Source: Promethearchaeota archaeon Loki_b32
GTDB lineage: Archaea; Asgardarchaeota; Lokiarchaeia; Sigyniarchaeales; SOKP01
Length of the DNA: 64,000 nucleotides
NCBI GenBank assembly: GCA_005223125.1
Contig: NJBH01000009.1
Coordinates: 62,323 to 126,322, forward strand
Direction: 5' to 3'
The notes below the pieces were generated by a model, which saw nothing but the letters and a program-made list of their open reading frames with translations, did not search any database and was not told where the DNA came from. The position numbers and the translations under genes are program-made. Of the stretch, positions 30,018 through 39,974 are shown piece by piece (the first letter of the stretch is position 1; each line of letters begins with the position of its first letter).

Positions 30018-31172
30018 TTAATTTAAGATATTAATTAATTTTGATATTGTAGTATCTACTTTTTTATTAATAGGTACAAGTTTATGATTTATCATTGTAT
30101 TTTCAATGGCTCTCAAACAATAAGGGTTTTCAAAGGATTTTAAAGCTAGACTAGTTCCAAGGCAACCCCCCCTACAATCATCAGCAAGATCGCATTGCTG
30201 GCAAAAATCTTTTAATGGATATCTTTTATTTTTCAATCTTTTTAAAATTTCATCTAAACTTTCATTTCTAATATTACCTTCAATATAATCATCTGGAAGT
30301 GTAAGACATCCTTTTATGTTTCCATTACTTTGAATACCTAAAACTGAATGACCTGCTTGACACCCAACCCAAGGATTTAATCCTAATTTAGGAATAAACC
30401 TTGAGAAATATCCAAAGCAATGAGCCCCGATTAAAGGTAATCTTTTGTAAGAATATTTTTTATGATTAATTGCTATAAATAATGCCAAAGTATAATATTC
30501 TTCTCTAGAAATAACTAATTCTTTTGGAAAACGTCCAATAGGGACTGCTAATTGGATTTGCCATGCGATATTTTTATCAATTAATAACTTCTTAATCATG
30601 TTTATTTCTTTAAAATTAATTTTACTTACGGACGTAATAACAGTTACTGGAAGCTTTTCTTTTTTTAGTAAACTTATAAGATTTAAAGTTTTTTTGAATG
30701 AATTGTTGATACCCCGTAAATAATCATGTGTTTCTCCTCTTCCTCCATCTAAACTTAGAGATACACAGTCTGTTTTTAATTCTTTTATCTCTTGTATATG
30801 TTTCTCTAAATTTAATCCATTCGTGATTATGGATAATTGCATTTTTTGATTTTTTACATCTCTTGCAATGTCATACCAATCATCTCGTAATAATGGTTCG
30901 CCCCCCATTAAAGCAACTCCCTTATAACCATATGACTTTAAGTCTTTAACTAATTTTAAAGCTTCATTTGTATTTAATTCATCAGAGCGAGCAAATCCTG
31001 CATCTGAACCACAGTGAATACATTTACTATTGCACTTTAACGTGATTTCCCAAACTGCACAATTAGGTTTAATTTTATTTAATAATAGATCTGAAAATTT
31101 CGTCATATGATTTTCTGAATTACGTTTATTATTGTTATTTATGATTTGTAAATTAAAATCCTTTGTTTGCAA
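30018..31172 (-). CDS. Radical SAM / SPASM-domain protein
   Basis: VWEITLKCNSKCIHCGS (CxxxCxxC), GGEPLLR; SPASM GCQAG...GNIKGC...GNIR...CQQC...CRGGC...PYC. Confidence 0.93.
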   Translation of the reverse strand: MQTKDFNLQIINNNNKRNSENHMTKFSDLLLNKIKPNCAVWEITLKCNSKCIHCGSDAGFARSDELNTNEALKLVKDLKSYGYKGVALMGGEPLLRDDWYDIARDVKNQKMQLSIITNGLNLEKHIQEIKELKTDCVSLSLDGGRGETHDYLRGINNSFKKTLNLISLLKKEKLPVTVITSVSKINFKEINMIKKLLIDKNIAWQIQLAVPIGRFPKELVISREEYYTLALFIAINHKKYSYKRLPLIGAHCFGYFSRFIPKLGLNPWVGCQAGHSVLGIQSNGNIKGCLTLPDDYIEGNIRNESLDEILKRLKNKRYPLKDFCQQCDLADDCRGGCLGTSLALKSFENPYCLRAIENTMINHKLVPINKKVDTTISKLINILN

Positions 31173-31218
31173 TAAAAAAAATTTAACTTCGTTATACTAT
31201 TAGTAAAAATCTTAGTAA

Positions 31219-31246
31219 TAAAGGTTTAAGGTGCACTTTTCGAACA
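31219..31246 (-). promoter_or_regulatory. Conserved 28-bp upstream motif, copy 3
   Basis: taaaggtttaaggtgcacttttcgaaca, identical to copy 2; 47 bp upstream of the rSAM TTG start. Confidence 0.75.
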
Positions 31247-31369
31247 ATACAAGATACTAAAATATTTAAAAAGGAGTTATCAAACATCTATAGCTAATAA
31301 ACAAAGATAAGAAAAAATGGCACTCGTTTTAAATATAAAATAGATCCCAACGTTACCTATTAAACCTTC

Positions 31370-31741
31370 TCAACCGATAATATCATACGGTTCATAACTT
31401 TTGCATATAGAATCTTTACTTAGATACTTATTCTTAAATTTACAATGAGATATTTCCTCATAATAGTAAACACAGTTTCTGCATGAATAAAGATGATTTT
31501 TAAATTTTTCTCTAACTTCCTTTAATTTTTCTGGAATCATCCCTTTATTTAGCATAGATTTAAGTTTTTCATGTGGAGTTGCTGTTATTTTACAATAGAT
31601 GGCATTTGGAGAGGGAGGGTTCCAAATTTTTATCAAATGATTGTGAGACGCATCCTTAGAGGTAGCATCCAACTCACCATACCCACACCGGCAAGTTTTT
31701 TTTCTTAACATGTTTCCACATTCAGGACAGAATTCCACCAT
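31370..31741 (-). CDS. Small double Cys-cluster protein with an RpoM/TFS-like N-terminal Zn ribbon (paralog B)
   Basis: MVEFCPECGNMLRKKTCRCGY...IWNPPSP...CRNCVYY..HC..SIC; clear paralog of 25076-25435. Confidence 0.7.
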   Translation of the reverse strand: MVEFCPECGNMLRKKTCRCGYGELDATSKDASHNHLIKIWNPPSPNAIYCKITATPHEKLKSMLNKGMIPEKLKEVREKFKNHLYSCRNCVYYYEEISHCKFKNKYLSKDSICKSYEPYDIIG

Positions 31742-31777
31742 AATCTTTTAAGTATTAAATCAGTTGGTTTATTAAAT

Positions 31778-32584
31778 TTATTCCAGTTCATTCAATCCTT
31801 TAGTTTTTATGTCTGGACGTGGCGGTACTCGATAATATATTTGTGTGGGATATCCGATAATTATTACACCCCATATATTACCGTGAATTCCAGTAAGTTT
31901 CTCCCGTATTTCTTTATTTGATGAGAGGACCCCATGAGCTAGCCAAATCCAACAAGATCCCAATCCTAAAGTTTGGGCACATAACATTCCATGTGTCAGA
32001 GCTATTGTAGAATTCATAGCATCTCCAGGATTTCTTGAGTGCAATATCATTACATGAGGGGCATTATAAAATATGGTATCTATCCCATGTTCCTTAGCTT
32101 TTATGAAATTTTCACTATACCTTGGATTACTTGAAGCAATAATTGCGTCCATAACTACCTCTGAAAGCTTTTTAATTTTATCATTATCTGAAATTATAGT
32201 ACATCGTAATGTTCGGATGTTAGCTCCTGTAGGGGCATATTTCATAGTGTCTAAAACTTTTTCTAAAACAGCTTTAAGAACTTTTTTCTTTTTAAAACCC
32301 CTAATTGACCGTTTGGCACTCATAAATTTATGCATACTTTCATATGAGATTAATGTACTAGGGTCTTGAACTTCTTCAAAAGTTAATAGTTCTCCAATAT
32401 TTTCATACATAATCGCATCTTATTTACACCTTGCAATGCAACGCCCACATGAATCAAAAAGATTATTGGGATCTTCAAACACCATTTTATTTAGCTCTTT
32501 ATCACGTCTAAAATATCTTGTGCACGCATTATAGCATATTTGACAATCGTCACATTTTTCATAATCTATTCCTAATATTGGCAT
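31778..32584 (-). pseudogene. Ferredoxin-nitroreductase fusion interrupted by an in-frame TAA (32420-32422)
   Basis: From ATG 32584: MPILGIDYEKCDDCQICYNAC...LFDSCGRCIARCK*DAIMYEN..., in frame with the nitroreductase ORF (RSIRGF, APTGAN, LGLGSCW). Confidence 0.8.
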
Positions 32585-32656
32585 AATTAATAAAAATTCA
32601 GTTTAAGTGATTTTTCGATTTATTTTTGTTTCTTAGAATAATAAAGAGTAATTTAA

Positions 32657-33631
32657 TTATCTTTTTTTAATTTCGAAATTTACATCTTCGAATTTATTAT
32701 GAATAGCACGATAAATTTTAAACTTTCCATCACCTAGAGCATGTTTTATAATCTCATTAATCTCTTTTTCATTTAGAAAGCTTTCTGAGATGATTTTGTC
32801 AATCTTTGAATACACTAATTCCTTAATTTTATATCTAAACCTATTTTTTTTCTTTTCATCAATAGATTCAGATAATTCTAAATGTTCTTTGTGATCCATG
32901 ATATTTTGCACTAAATCCTCCACCCCTTCCCCAGAAATAGCGTTAGTCATAGAGACTGGTGGTCTCCATCCACTCTGGAAAGTAGAATCGTCAAGCATCA
33001 TCTCAATTTGTACAGCAATATCTTCGCCACCTAAATCTTTCTTGTTAATATCATAGATATCTCCAATTTCAATTATACCAGCTTTCTGCATCTGTATCGC
33101 ATCCCCATAACCTGGTACGAGAATTACTACAACAGAATAAGCTAGATTGTAAATATCAAACTCCGCTTGACCTACACCGACGGTTTCTATGATAATTAAA
33201 TCCATTCCATATGCTTCATATAATAAACTAATGTCAAAAACCGCTCTTGAAATACCCCCTTTATAACCTCTTGATGCGAGACTACGCAAAAATACGTTAG
33301 GATGTAATGAAATATCTGTCATACGGACTCTATCTCCTAAAAATGCACCTCCACTAAAAGGAGATGTAGGATCTACACAAATAATCCCAACAGATTTTCC
33401 TTCTTCCAACAGCTTTTTAGAAATTTCACTTGTTAATGTACTCTTTCCAACACCAGGAGAACCCGTAATTCCAACAATATAGGAATCATGGCTTATTCCT
33501 TCGAAATGTTGGAAAATCTCGTGTGCCTTGTCAGGCTCATTTTCTATAATGGTTATTAATTTTGCTAAGGCAACCTTGTCTTTTTTTTTAAATCTATTAA
33601 TTAGCGTATCAATATCTTGCGTGGTTTTCAA
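32657..33631 (-). CDS. meaB: Acyl-CoA mutase-associated GTPase MeaB/ArgK
   Basis: GITGSPGVGKST, VDPTSPFSGGAFLGDRVRM, IETVGVGQ, PGYGDAIQ. Confidence 0.93.
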   Translation of the reverse strand: MKTTQDIDTLINRFKKKDKVALAKLITIIENEPDKAHEIFQHFEGISHDSYIVGITGSPGVGKSTLTSEISKKLLEEGKSVGIICVDPTSPFSGGAFLGDRVRMTDISLHPNVFLRSLASRGYKGGISRAVFDISLLYEAYGMDLIIIETVGVGQAEFDIYNLAYSVVVILVPGYGDAIQMQKAGIIEIGDIYDINKKDLGGEDIAVQIEMMLDDSTFQSGWRPPVSMTNAISGEGVEDLVQNIMDHKEHLELSESIDEKKKNRFRYKIKELVYSKIDKIISESFLNEKEINEIIKHALGDGKFKIYRAIHNKFEDVNFEIKKR

Positions 33632-33796
33632 TAAAATACATTCCTCAATTAGAAATAGCTGTTAAAATATAATTTAAAGAAAAAAATATTACATGTCTTT
33701 TTTATTTTTTGACATACACAATCTAGTGTATTTTTTATTAGCTCATTTTAGCAAAAAAACTTTTATTACAAAATTAGAGTTTTTAAAACTCTTCTC

Positions 33797-34633
33797 CTAA
33801 CCAGATATATCCACACGCGATTCGAATCTGGCAATTAGTTCATCGATATGACTGTAATCATCTATTGAAATGGAAATTGCCTCGTTAGGACATACCCTTT
33901 CGCAACGACCGCATCCCTTACAATTTTCCTGATCAATCATTGCCTTGTTTTTTTTCATCTTCAATCCGTCATATATACATACTTTAAAACAAGTCCCACA
34001 ACCAACACAAATATCTCTATTTACCCTTACTTCAACACCCTCCATTCTTTTTACCGTTTTTTGTATAAAGGATGGAGCATATTTCATTACGCTTACTACG
34101 CAGCAGCAAGAGCAACAATGACAAATAGACATAAATTCGTCCTCATAATCTAACACATCATATATTTTCGCATCACTTCTCAGTTTTCCTAAATGGGGAA
34201 CCAAACCATTTTCATAAGCCAAACGCTCTCGCTCTAAAGCTTCCTCTTTAGTTGCAAGACGTGCTCCTGGCCATTTAGATCGATCTACTTTACTAGCTCC
34301 TCGCCCCATCCAGGTACAACCCAGATGAACATCGTGATTTTTGCACACATTGGCTGTACGACATGGACAATCTATTAAAAGTATAGTCCCTGCCTTTTTG
34401 ATGAAGTATTCAACGAGTTTACGTGGTACTATTTGATCCTCATAAGTCCCCAGAGATAAATTAACTGGTATAGGGGAAGCTGTTTGGTTCTCCAAACCAT
34501 CGGGGTACAGGGGTTTTCTTGCTATTTGTTTTATTATCGGTAATTTGCCAAACTTGGCCAGCTTCTTCCATCTATTTGCTCTTGGTGTATCTATTTCGAT
34601 TGGTTTTAGATCCAACTTTTGTTTTTTCTTCAT
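33797..34633 (-). CDS. 4Fe-4S dicluster protein
   Basis: DCPCR, ICHCCSCCC, CVGCGTCFKVC, CKGCGRCERVCP; same broad family as 2877-4034. Confidence 0.82.
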   Translation of the reverse strand: MKKKQKLDLKPIEIDTPRANRWKKLAKFGKLPIIKQIARKPLYPDGLENQTASPIPVNLSLGTYEDQIVPRKLVEYFIKKAGTILLIDCPCRTANVCKNHDVHLGCTWMGRGASKVDRSKWPGARLATKEEALERERLAYENGLVPHLGKLRSDAKIYDVLDYEDEFMSICHCCSCCCVVSVMKYAPSFIQKTVKRMEGVEVRVNRDICVGCGTCFKVCIYDGLKMKKNKAMIDQENCKGCGRCERVCPNEAISISIDDYSHIDELIARFESRVDISG

Positions 34634-34772
34634 ATGATGCCCTTCTTTAAAATGGTATCTTATTGATATTAAAATCTATTATGCAATAAAAAGTTTAATT
34701 TAGATTCGTCTTTAAGTTCTATAATAATGAGGTCTTTTCTTATTGGATCTGGCACTTTCAATCAAAAGTAAA

Positions 34773-35009
34773 TTATGAATTCTTATTTAAATCTTGATTT
34801 TTTATCAGCAGATCGTTATAGAATTTAAAAGCTTCTTCAGAAAATTTTTTAGCCTTCTCATTTGGTTCACCATTCATTAATCTGATTAAATTTTCTGATT
34901 CTTCATTTGTTAAAATGACATCCGTGAATTCCGAAGCATTAATATAAAAATCAATCTTATCCTTCTTTATTGCTTGCTCTTTTGTTTTTTCTACCATGCA
35001 ACTCTCCAA
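34773..35009 (-). CDS. Small hypothetical protein (weak DUF1778/antitoxin-like resemblance)
   Basis: ILTNEESENLIRLMNGEPNEKAKK resembles the DUF1778 C-terminal half; no partner toxin is evident. Confidence 0.35.
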   Translation of the reverse strand: MESCMVEKTKEQAIKKDKIDFYINASEFTDVILTNEESENLIRLMNGEPNEKAKKFSEEAFKFYNDLLIKNQDLNKNS

Positions 35010-35395
35010 TAAGAAATATACTTTTTATTAGTTCTATAAAATGTATAATGATTGTTCCTTAAATCTTTATTTACATCTTCATTTTGTAATAAACATCTTT
35101 TAGAAATCATACTTGGTTTTATGATGTTTAAAAATTAGAAAGAAAGAAAAATAAAATAAAAATCGGGTAATTTTATAAATGAATGAAGAATTATAAAGTC
35201 TTTCAACGCCATTCGCTTGTAAAATCTTTCTACCCGCTTTTTTTTATCTTTCACCTCATTAACGCCAAGAACTAATTTGAATACTTAAGAATTTTATCGG
35301 TCTTAAATTAATCACTATTGAATGCAATGATTTGAGTCAGATCGTCCCATTCTTCATCCAAAGGATATTTAAGTTAAATTTCATTATTATTACAC

Positions 35396-36727
35396 ATGGT
35401 TGGAAGAAAAAAAAAGGTTTATGGACCGAATTGGCATCCCATCGAAGCTCAGAGCGAGAGTGGAGCGTGTTTCTCGTTAGGTATGATCCAACTTTTATGT
35501 CCCGCGTGCGGGAGTTCAAAGGTTGGTCCATATGGAACACACGACAGAAAAAACACCCGTGTTGAGACTTTTCAGTGTAAAAATCGTAAATGTCCGCATT
35601 TAAAGAATCACAAAACGAGCAAACAGTTTGTTTTAACCTCTTCATATCAATTCAGGGAGTTAATATTCGGTAAGCTCAAGGCTCTTTACGAAGACCTGCT
35701 GAAAGACGGTGCTAAAAACAAGACAATCGCGAAAAAGTATGGCATATCCGAGTCGCAAGTATCGGCGCTTAGAACCGAGATTGAATCTGCTATTGACAAG
35801 TTAAACGGGTTGGATACGCTCGTATTGGCACCTCAACCAGATACAGCTGTTGCCATTGATGAAACATTCCTTAAAATCGAAGGAACGTCCATTTATGTTA
35901 TCATAGCCACAGGGTACACGTCCCATAAAATTTTAGGAATAAAAGTGTCTAAAAGTCGTTCAGAAGAAGATATTCGCGAGGTTTTTAACGAGGCAGATGG
36001 GAACACCGAGCATAATATTAGCTCGATTAGTTCCGATGCCTTGAACGCTACGCAAGCAATGGCGAAAAACTTAAACAGGGAGATTACCCATATCATCCAC
36101 CCTCATAAAAAGCCGTTCAAGAAAGCCATTATCCGACATTACAGCTACAAAAACAGCGAAAGAATCACGACGACGATTGGTGTTAAAAGTAATTTCTTTA
36201 AAAAACGCGGCAAACGGCAATTCAAGTACATGGAAGCAAGAACTGATTTGAGCCCTAAAATTAAGAAAAAGCTCGGGCGACCTAAGGGTTCTAAAACCAA
36301 GAAGAGGCACAAAAAGCCAAGGACAAAAAAGAAACGCGGCCGTAAAGGGCTTTACACGGTTTTTGAAAAGGGAACGATCGGCTATGCAACAATCGACCCA
36401 TATCGGGACAAATTAAAGATAGGAAAAGGGTTGTCCAGACCGGTGAGCGCCGGGCTGAACGCGACATTAAAGTTGTTCCCCCTAATGTCAATACAAAATA
36501 ATCTTGCGGAAAATATAAATTCTATCCTCCGGGCTATTATCCGGTTAAGAGGTCCAAAAACAATAGAATCCGTGGAGAGACGCATTAGGGCGACATTGAA
36601 GATAAGGAATCATCCCGAAATCTTAGACGAGGTGCGAATCACGCGGCAAGTGAGGGGAAATTTTTTAATGAACAATCTAAAACTCATAGAATGCGCCGAC
36701 CTACTAGAACAGGGGATTATAATGTAA
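35396..36727 (+). mobile_element. IS transposase (Zn ribbon + HTH + DDE), apparently intact
   Basis: CPACGS...FQCKNRKC; IAKKYGISESQVS HTH; AIDETFLKI, ISSD, NNLAENIN; visibly higher GC than the flanks; no terminal inverted repeats identified. Confidence 0.85.
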
Positions 36728-36802
36728 GAAAACAAAAAAGGGGGTTAATTTATAATTGTTAATTCGTTTATAAAATTAACCTAAAAATCTATTAAATATA
36801 TC

Positions 36803-37201
36803 TTATCTTTTAACGTTTTCTCTTATAAATTCTATTATATCACGAGTCATTGACCCTGGACCATAAATATTAGCGACGCCCATCTCTTTCAATTTAGAAA
36901 AATCTTGGGCAGGAACGATTCCACCTAATAGGATCATAAAATTATCAAGAACGCCTCGTTCTTTTAATAAATCAATAATTTGCTGCGTATAAGCAAAATG
37001 AGCGCCAGAATGAATACTTAGTCCTATAACGTCAACATCTTCTTGAATTGCAGATTCAACAATTTGTTCTACATTTTGAAATCCTCCGAAAATAAGCTCC
37101 ATCCCTGCATCCCTAATAGCTCTTGAAACTACTATACCACCACGCCAATGACCGTCGATACCGGGCTTACTCATAAGTACTCTTATCTTTTTTTCTGACA
37201 T
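36803..37201 (-). CDS. B12-binding small subunit of an acyl-CoA mutase (methylmalonyl-CoA mutase C-terminal domain family)
   Basis: KPGIDGHWRG (DxHxxG), AIQEDVDVIGLSIHSGAH, GGIVP, YGPGS. Confidence 0.92.
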   Translation of the reverse strand: MSEKKIRVLMSKPGIDGHWRGGIVVSRAIRDAGMELIFGGFQNVEQIVESAIQEDVDVIGLSIHSGAHFAYTQQIIDLLKERGVLDNFMILLGGIVPAQDFSKLKEMGVANIYGPGSMTRDIIEFIRENVKR

Positions 37202-37218
37202 GTTTTACACCTCCAAAA

Positions 37219-38895
37219 TTAAATTGCTAAGGGTGGATCCCAGGTTCCCCATATTTCTCGATAGATATTACATACTTCTCCAACAGTAGCTCCTTCTTTT
37301 GTTGCTTCCATGACTGTTGGCATTACATTTTCTTCTTTTTCACAGACATTTCGTAGTTTATCTAAAATTTTCTCTAATTTTGCATTATCCCTGCGAGCTT
37401 TTAATTTTTCAATTCGACGAACTTCAATATTTATAGCCTCTTTGTTAGTTCTAAAAACATCTGTGACTGTATCATAAGGTACAGGATATTTATTTATGCC
37501 AAGCATTATTTCATCGCCACTTTCAAGTCTCATTCGCCGTTTATGAAAAGCATCTCTCATTTCTTTATATAAAAATCCTGACGAAAGAGCCTTATCAATT
37601 GTACCCGCTTTTTGGATTTTATCTATATATTTCCATACTCTATCTTCAACTTCATCTGTTAACCATTCAATAAAATAGGACCCTGCAAAAGGATCTATAG
37701 TATTATGGATTTTAGTTTCATCAGAGATTACTTGTTGGGTTCTTAAAGCGACTAATACTGCTTCTTCTGAGGGTAAACAAATAGCCTCGTCATAGGAATT
37801 AGTATGTAATGATTGACAGCCACCTAAATTCGCTTCTAATGCTTGAATGGCTGTTCTTACAATGTTTATTTTAGGTGATTGTGCAGTTAAAGAAGATCCT
37901 GCAGTTTGTACGTGAAATCGAAAACCGAGATTCCTCGGATCTTTAACTTCATACTTATCTTTCATTAATTTATACCAAATTCTCCTAGCAGCTCTAAATT
38001 TTGCAATTTCTTCGAAGAAATCTTTGTGTGCCGACAAGTGAAATGCTAAGCGCCCAACAAAATCGTCAGCTTTCCATCCTCTTTCAATTAAATTGTCAAT
38101 ATGAGAACATGCACTTGCAAATACAAAACCTAATTCTTGTACTGCATCAATTCCTCCTTCTCTATAATTATATCCTGTGAAATTAATTGGATGCCATTTA
38201 GGTACATTTTTCTGAGCGACAGTCCATTCAATGAAATCACATGCTAAACGAAGTATATGGTTAGGAGGACTATTCTTATACGGAATATATCCTACCGTCA
38301 TAGTTAAGATATCATTTTGAGTTGTTCCCATTAATTGTTTTATGTCATATCCTCGCATTTGCGCCATATTAAAATACATAGAACACACAGGAGCGGTTGT
38401 GAAAGGTTCTACTACTAAAGCTACGCTAATCTTATCGATTGGAATATCTTCGGTAAGAGCAAAAAGACTATCAATACAATAGAGAGGAACTCCAGATGTT
38501 CCCACTTCTGCTGCTGCATCTTTATTAGTAGGATCTATACCATTAAAGGTTAAAGCATCAACTGCAGCACTAAACCCAGTTTCACCATTTTCATAAAGAA
38601 ATTTCCATCTTTTGTTAGTTTCTTCAGGAGTTCCATGACCTGAAAATAATCGCATTGTCCATAAACGTCCTCTGTACATTGATGGATATACACCTCGAGT
38701 ATATGGTGGCACTCCAGGAAAACTGATATCACTCACATAATCTTTATCTTTTATATCTAAAGGTGTATAGAGGTTTTTAATAGGGATTTCAGAGTCAGTA
38801 ACAAACTTTACATCTCTTTCTTTTAAACTTTCATAAAGTTTTTCCCATTTTTCTTTTTCTTCTCTGACTTTTTCCAAATAATTTTTATCAAACAA
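37219..38895 (-). CDS. Acyl-CoA mutase large subunit (methylmalonyl/isobutyryl-CoA mutase family)
   Basis: PGVPPYTRGVYPSMYRGRLWTMR, FFEEIAKFRAARRIW, FHVQTAG, QSLHTNSYDEA, ALRTQQ. Confidence 0.93.
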   Translation of the reverse strand: MFDKNYLEKVREEKEKWEKLYESLKERDVKFVTDSEIPIKNLYTPLDIKDKDYVSDISFPGVPPYTRGVYPSMYRGRLWTMRLFSGHGTPEETNKRWKFLYENGETGFSAAVDALTFNGIDPTNKDAAAEVGTSGVPLYCIDSLFALTEDIPIDKISVALVVEPFTTAPVCSMYFNMAQMRGYDIKQLMGTTQNDILTMTVGYIPYKNSPPNHILRLACDFIEWTVAQKNVPKWHPINFTGYNYREGGIDAVQELGFVFASACSHIDNLIERGWKADDFVGRLAFHLSAHKDFFEEIAKFRAARRIWYKLMKDKYEVKDPRNLGFRFHVQTAGSSLTAQSPKINIVRTAIQALEANLGGCQSLHTNSYDEAICLPSEEAVLVALRTQQVISDETKIHNTIDPFAGSYFIEWLTDEVEDRVWKYIDKIQKAGTIDKALSSGFLYKEMRDAFHKRRMRLESGDEIMLGINKYPVPYDTVTDVFRTNKEAINIEVRRIEKLKARRDNAKLEKILDKLRNVCEKEENVMPTVMEATKEGATVGEVCNIYREIWGTWDPPLAI

Positions 38896-38961
38896 TCTTA
38901 AATCACGCCATATAGCTAATTTATTTTATGTAATTTAATCCATGATGATTATATTTATTTT

Positions 38962-39831
38962 TTGATAATTTCTTGCACAAATTTTAAAAAGGTTATTGGT
39001 AAGATAATTTATATGAGTTTTACAGATACAATTGACAAATATTCTCTAATCATCTTTTTTGTTCTCAGCTATGTCATAACAATAATTGCAACTCTCGTCA
39101 TATTAATTACAAATTCATTATTTATTCCTATGATGATTCTTAGTGTATTTAGTCCAACTATTTCCGCGATAATTGTCTCAGGTTTCATTGGAGGTTGGAC
39201 AGAAATTAAGAAGCTATTCAAAGGTTATTTAAAATGGAAAGTTAATTATAAATGGTATCTAGCAGGATTTTTCCTGATGATTGGTCCACTTATATTTACA
39301 CTGTTTTACCATTTATTCGGAGGTGATTCGCCAGGACCTGTCTCTGGATTTACAGTGCTTAGTTTCTTTGGCATTTTATTTTTGAATTTATTAATTGGCC
39401 CATTAAGTGAAGAAGGAGGCTGGCGGGGATTTGCTTTACCAAAACTTGAATCAAGATATAATGCTCTTGTTTCTAGTTTAATTTTAGGCATTATTTGGGC
39501 ATGTTGGCATTTACCTTATTACTTTGTTGAAGAACGAATGCCGTTTTATATTTTTGTTCCATTAGTCCTTGTAATTTCTATTTTGATGACCTGGGGATAT
39601 AATAATACAAATGGAAGTCTGATAATAACTATAATCTTCCATTTCAGCTTTAATTTTAATGGAAGATTTATTACTGGTAATTTAGGGCTATTGCCTGAGA
39701 TGGTATTTCAAATTGCTGGAGGAGTGATGATCGGGATATACGTAATAGTTGTTGTTCTTTACGCAGGTCCAGAAAAACTTTCTCGAAAACTGGACTCTGA
39801 AATGCCATTTATTAAATACACCAATCGATAA
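38962..39831 (+). CDS. CPBP/Abi (Rce1-like) intramembrane glutamic endopeptidase (probable start 39013)
   Basis: SEEGGWRGFALP, WACWH, HFSFN; multi-TM. Confidence 0.9.
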   Translation: MIISCTNFKKVIGKIIYMSFTDTIDKYSLIIFFVLSYVITIIATLVILITNSLFIPMMILSVFSPTISAIIVSGFIGGWTEIKKLFKGYLKWKVNYKWYLAGFFLMIGPLIFTLFYHLFGGDSPGPVSGFTVLSFFGILFLNLLIGPLSEEGGWRGFALPKLESRYNALVSSLILGIIWACWHLPYYFVEERMPFYIFVPLVLVISILMTWGYNNTNGSLIITIIFHFSFNFNGRFITGNLGLLPEMVFQIAGGVMIGIYVIVVVLYAGPEKLSRKLDSEMPFIKYTNR

Positions 39832-39974
39832 GAAAATCCAATAATTAGTGAATCTCTAAGCAGTTTTATTCCTTATTTTTTTTTTGTTCCTTCACCCGAT
39901 AATGCCTGAAATAAATAAAAATTGACCTCTACATGAAATAAAAATATATAGTTAAAAAAACAAAGTTATTATAT

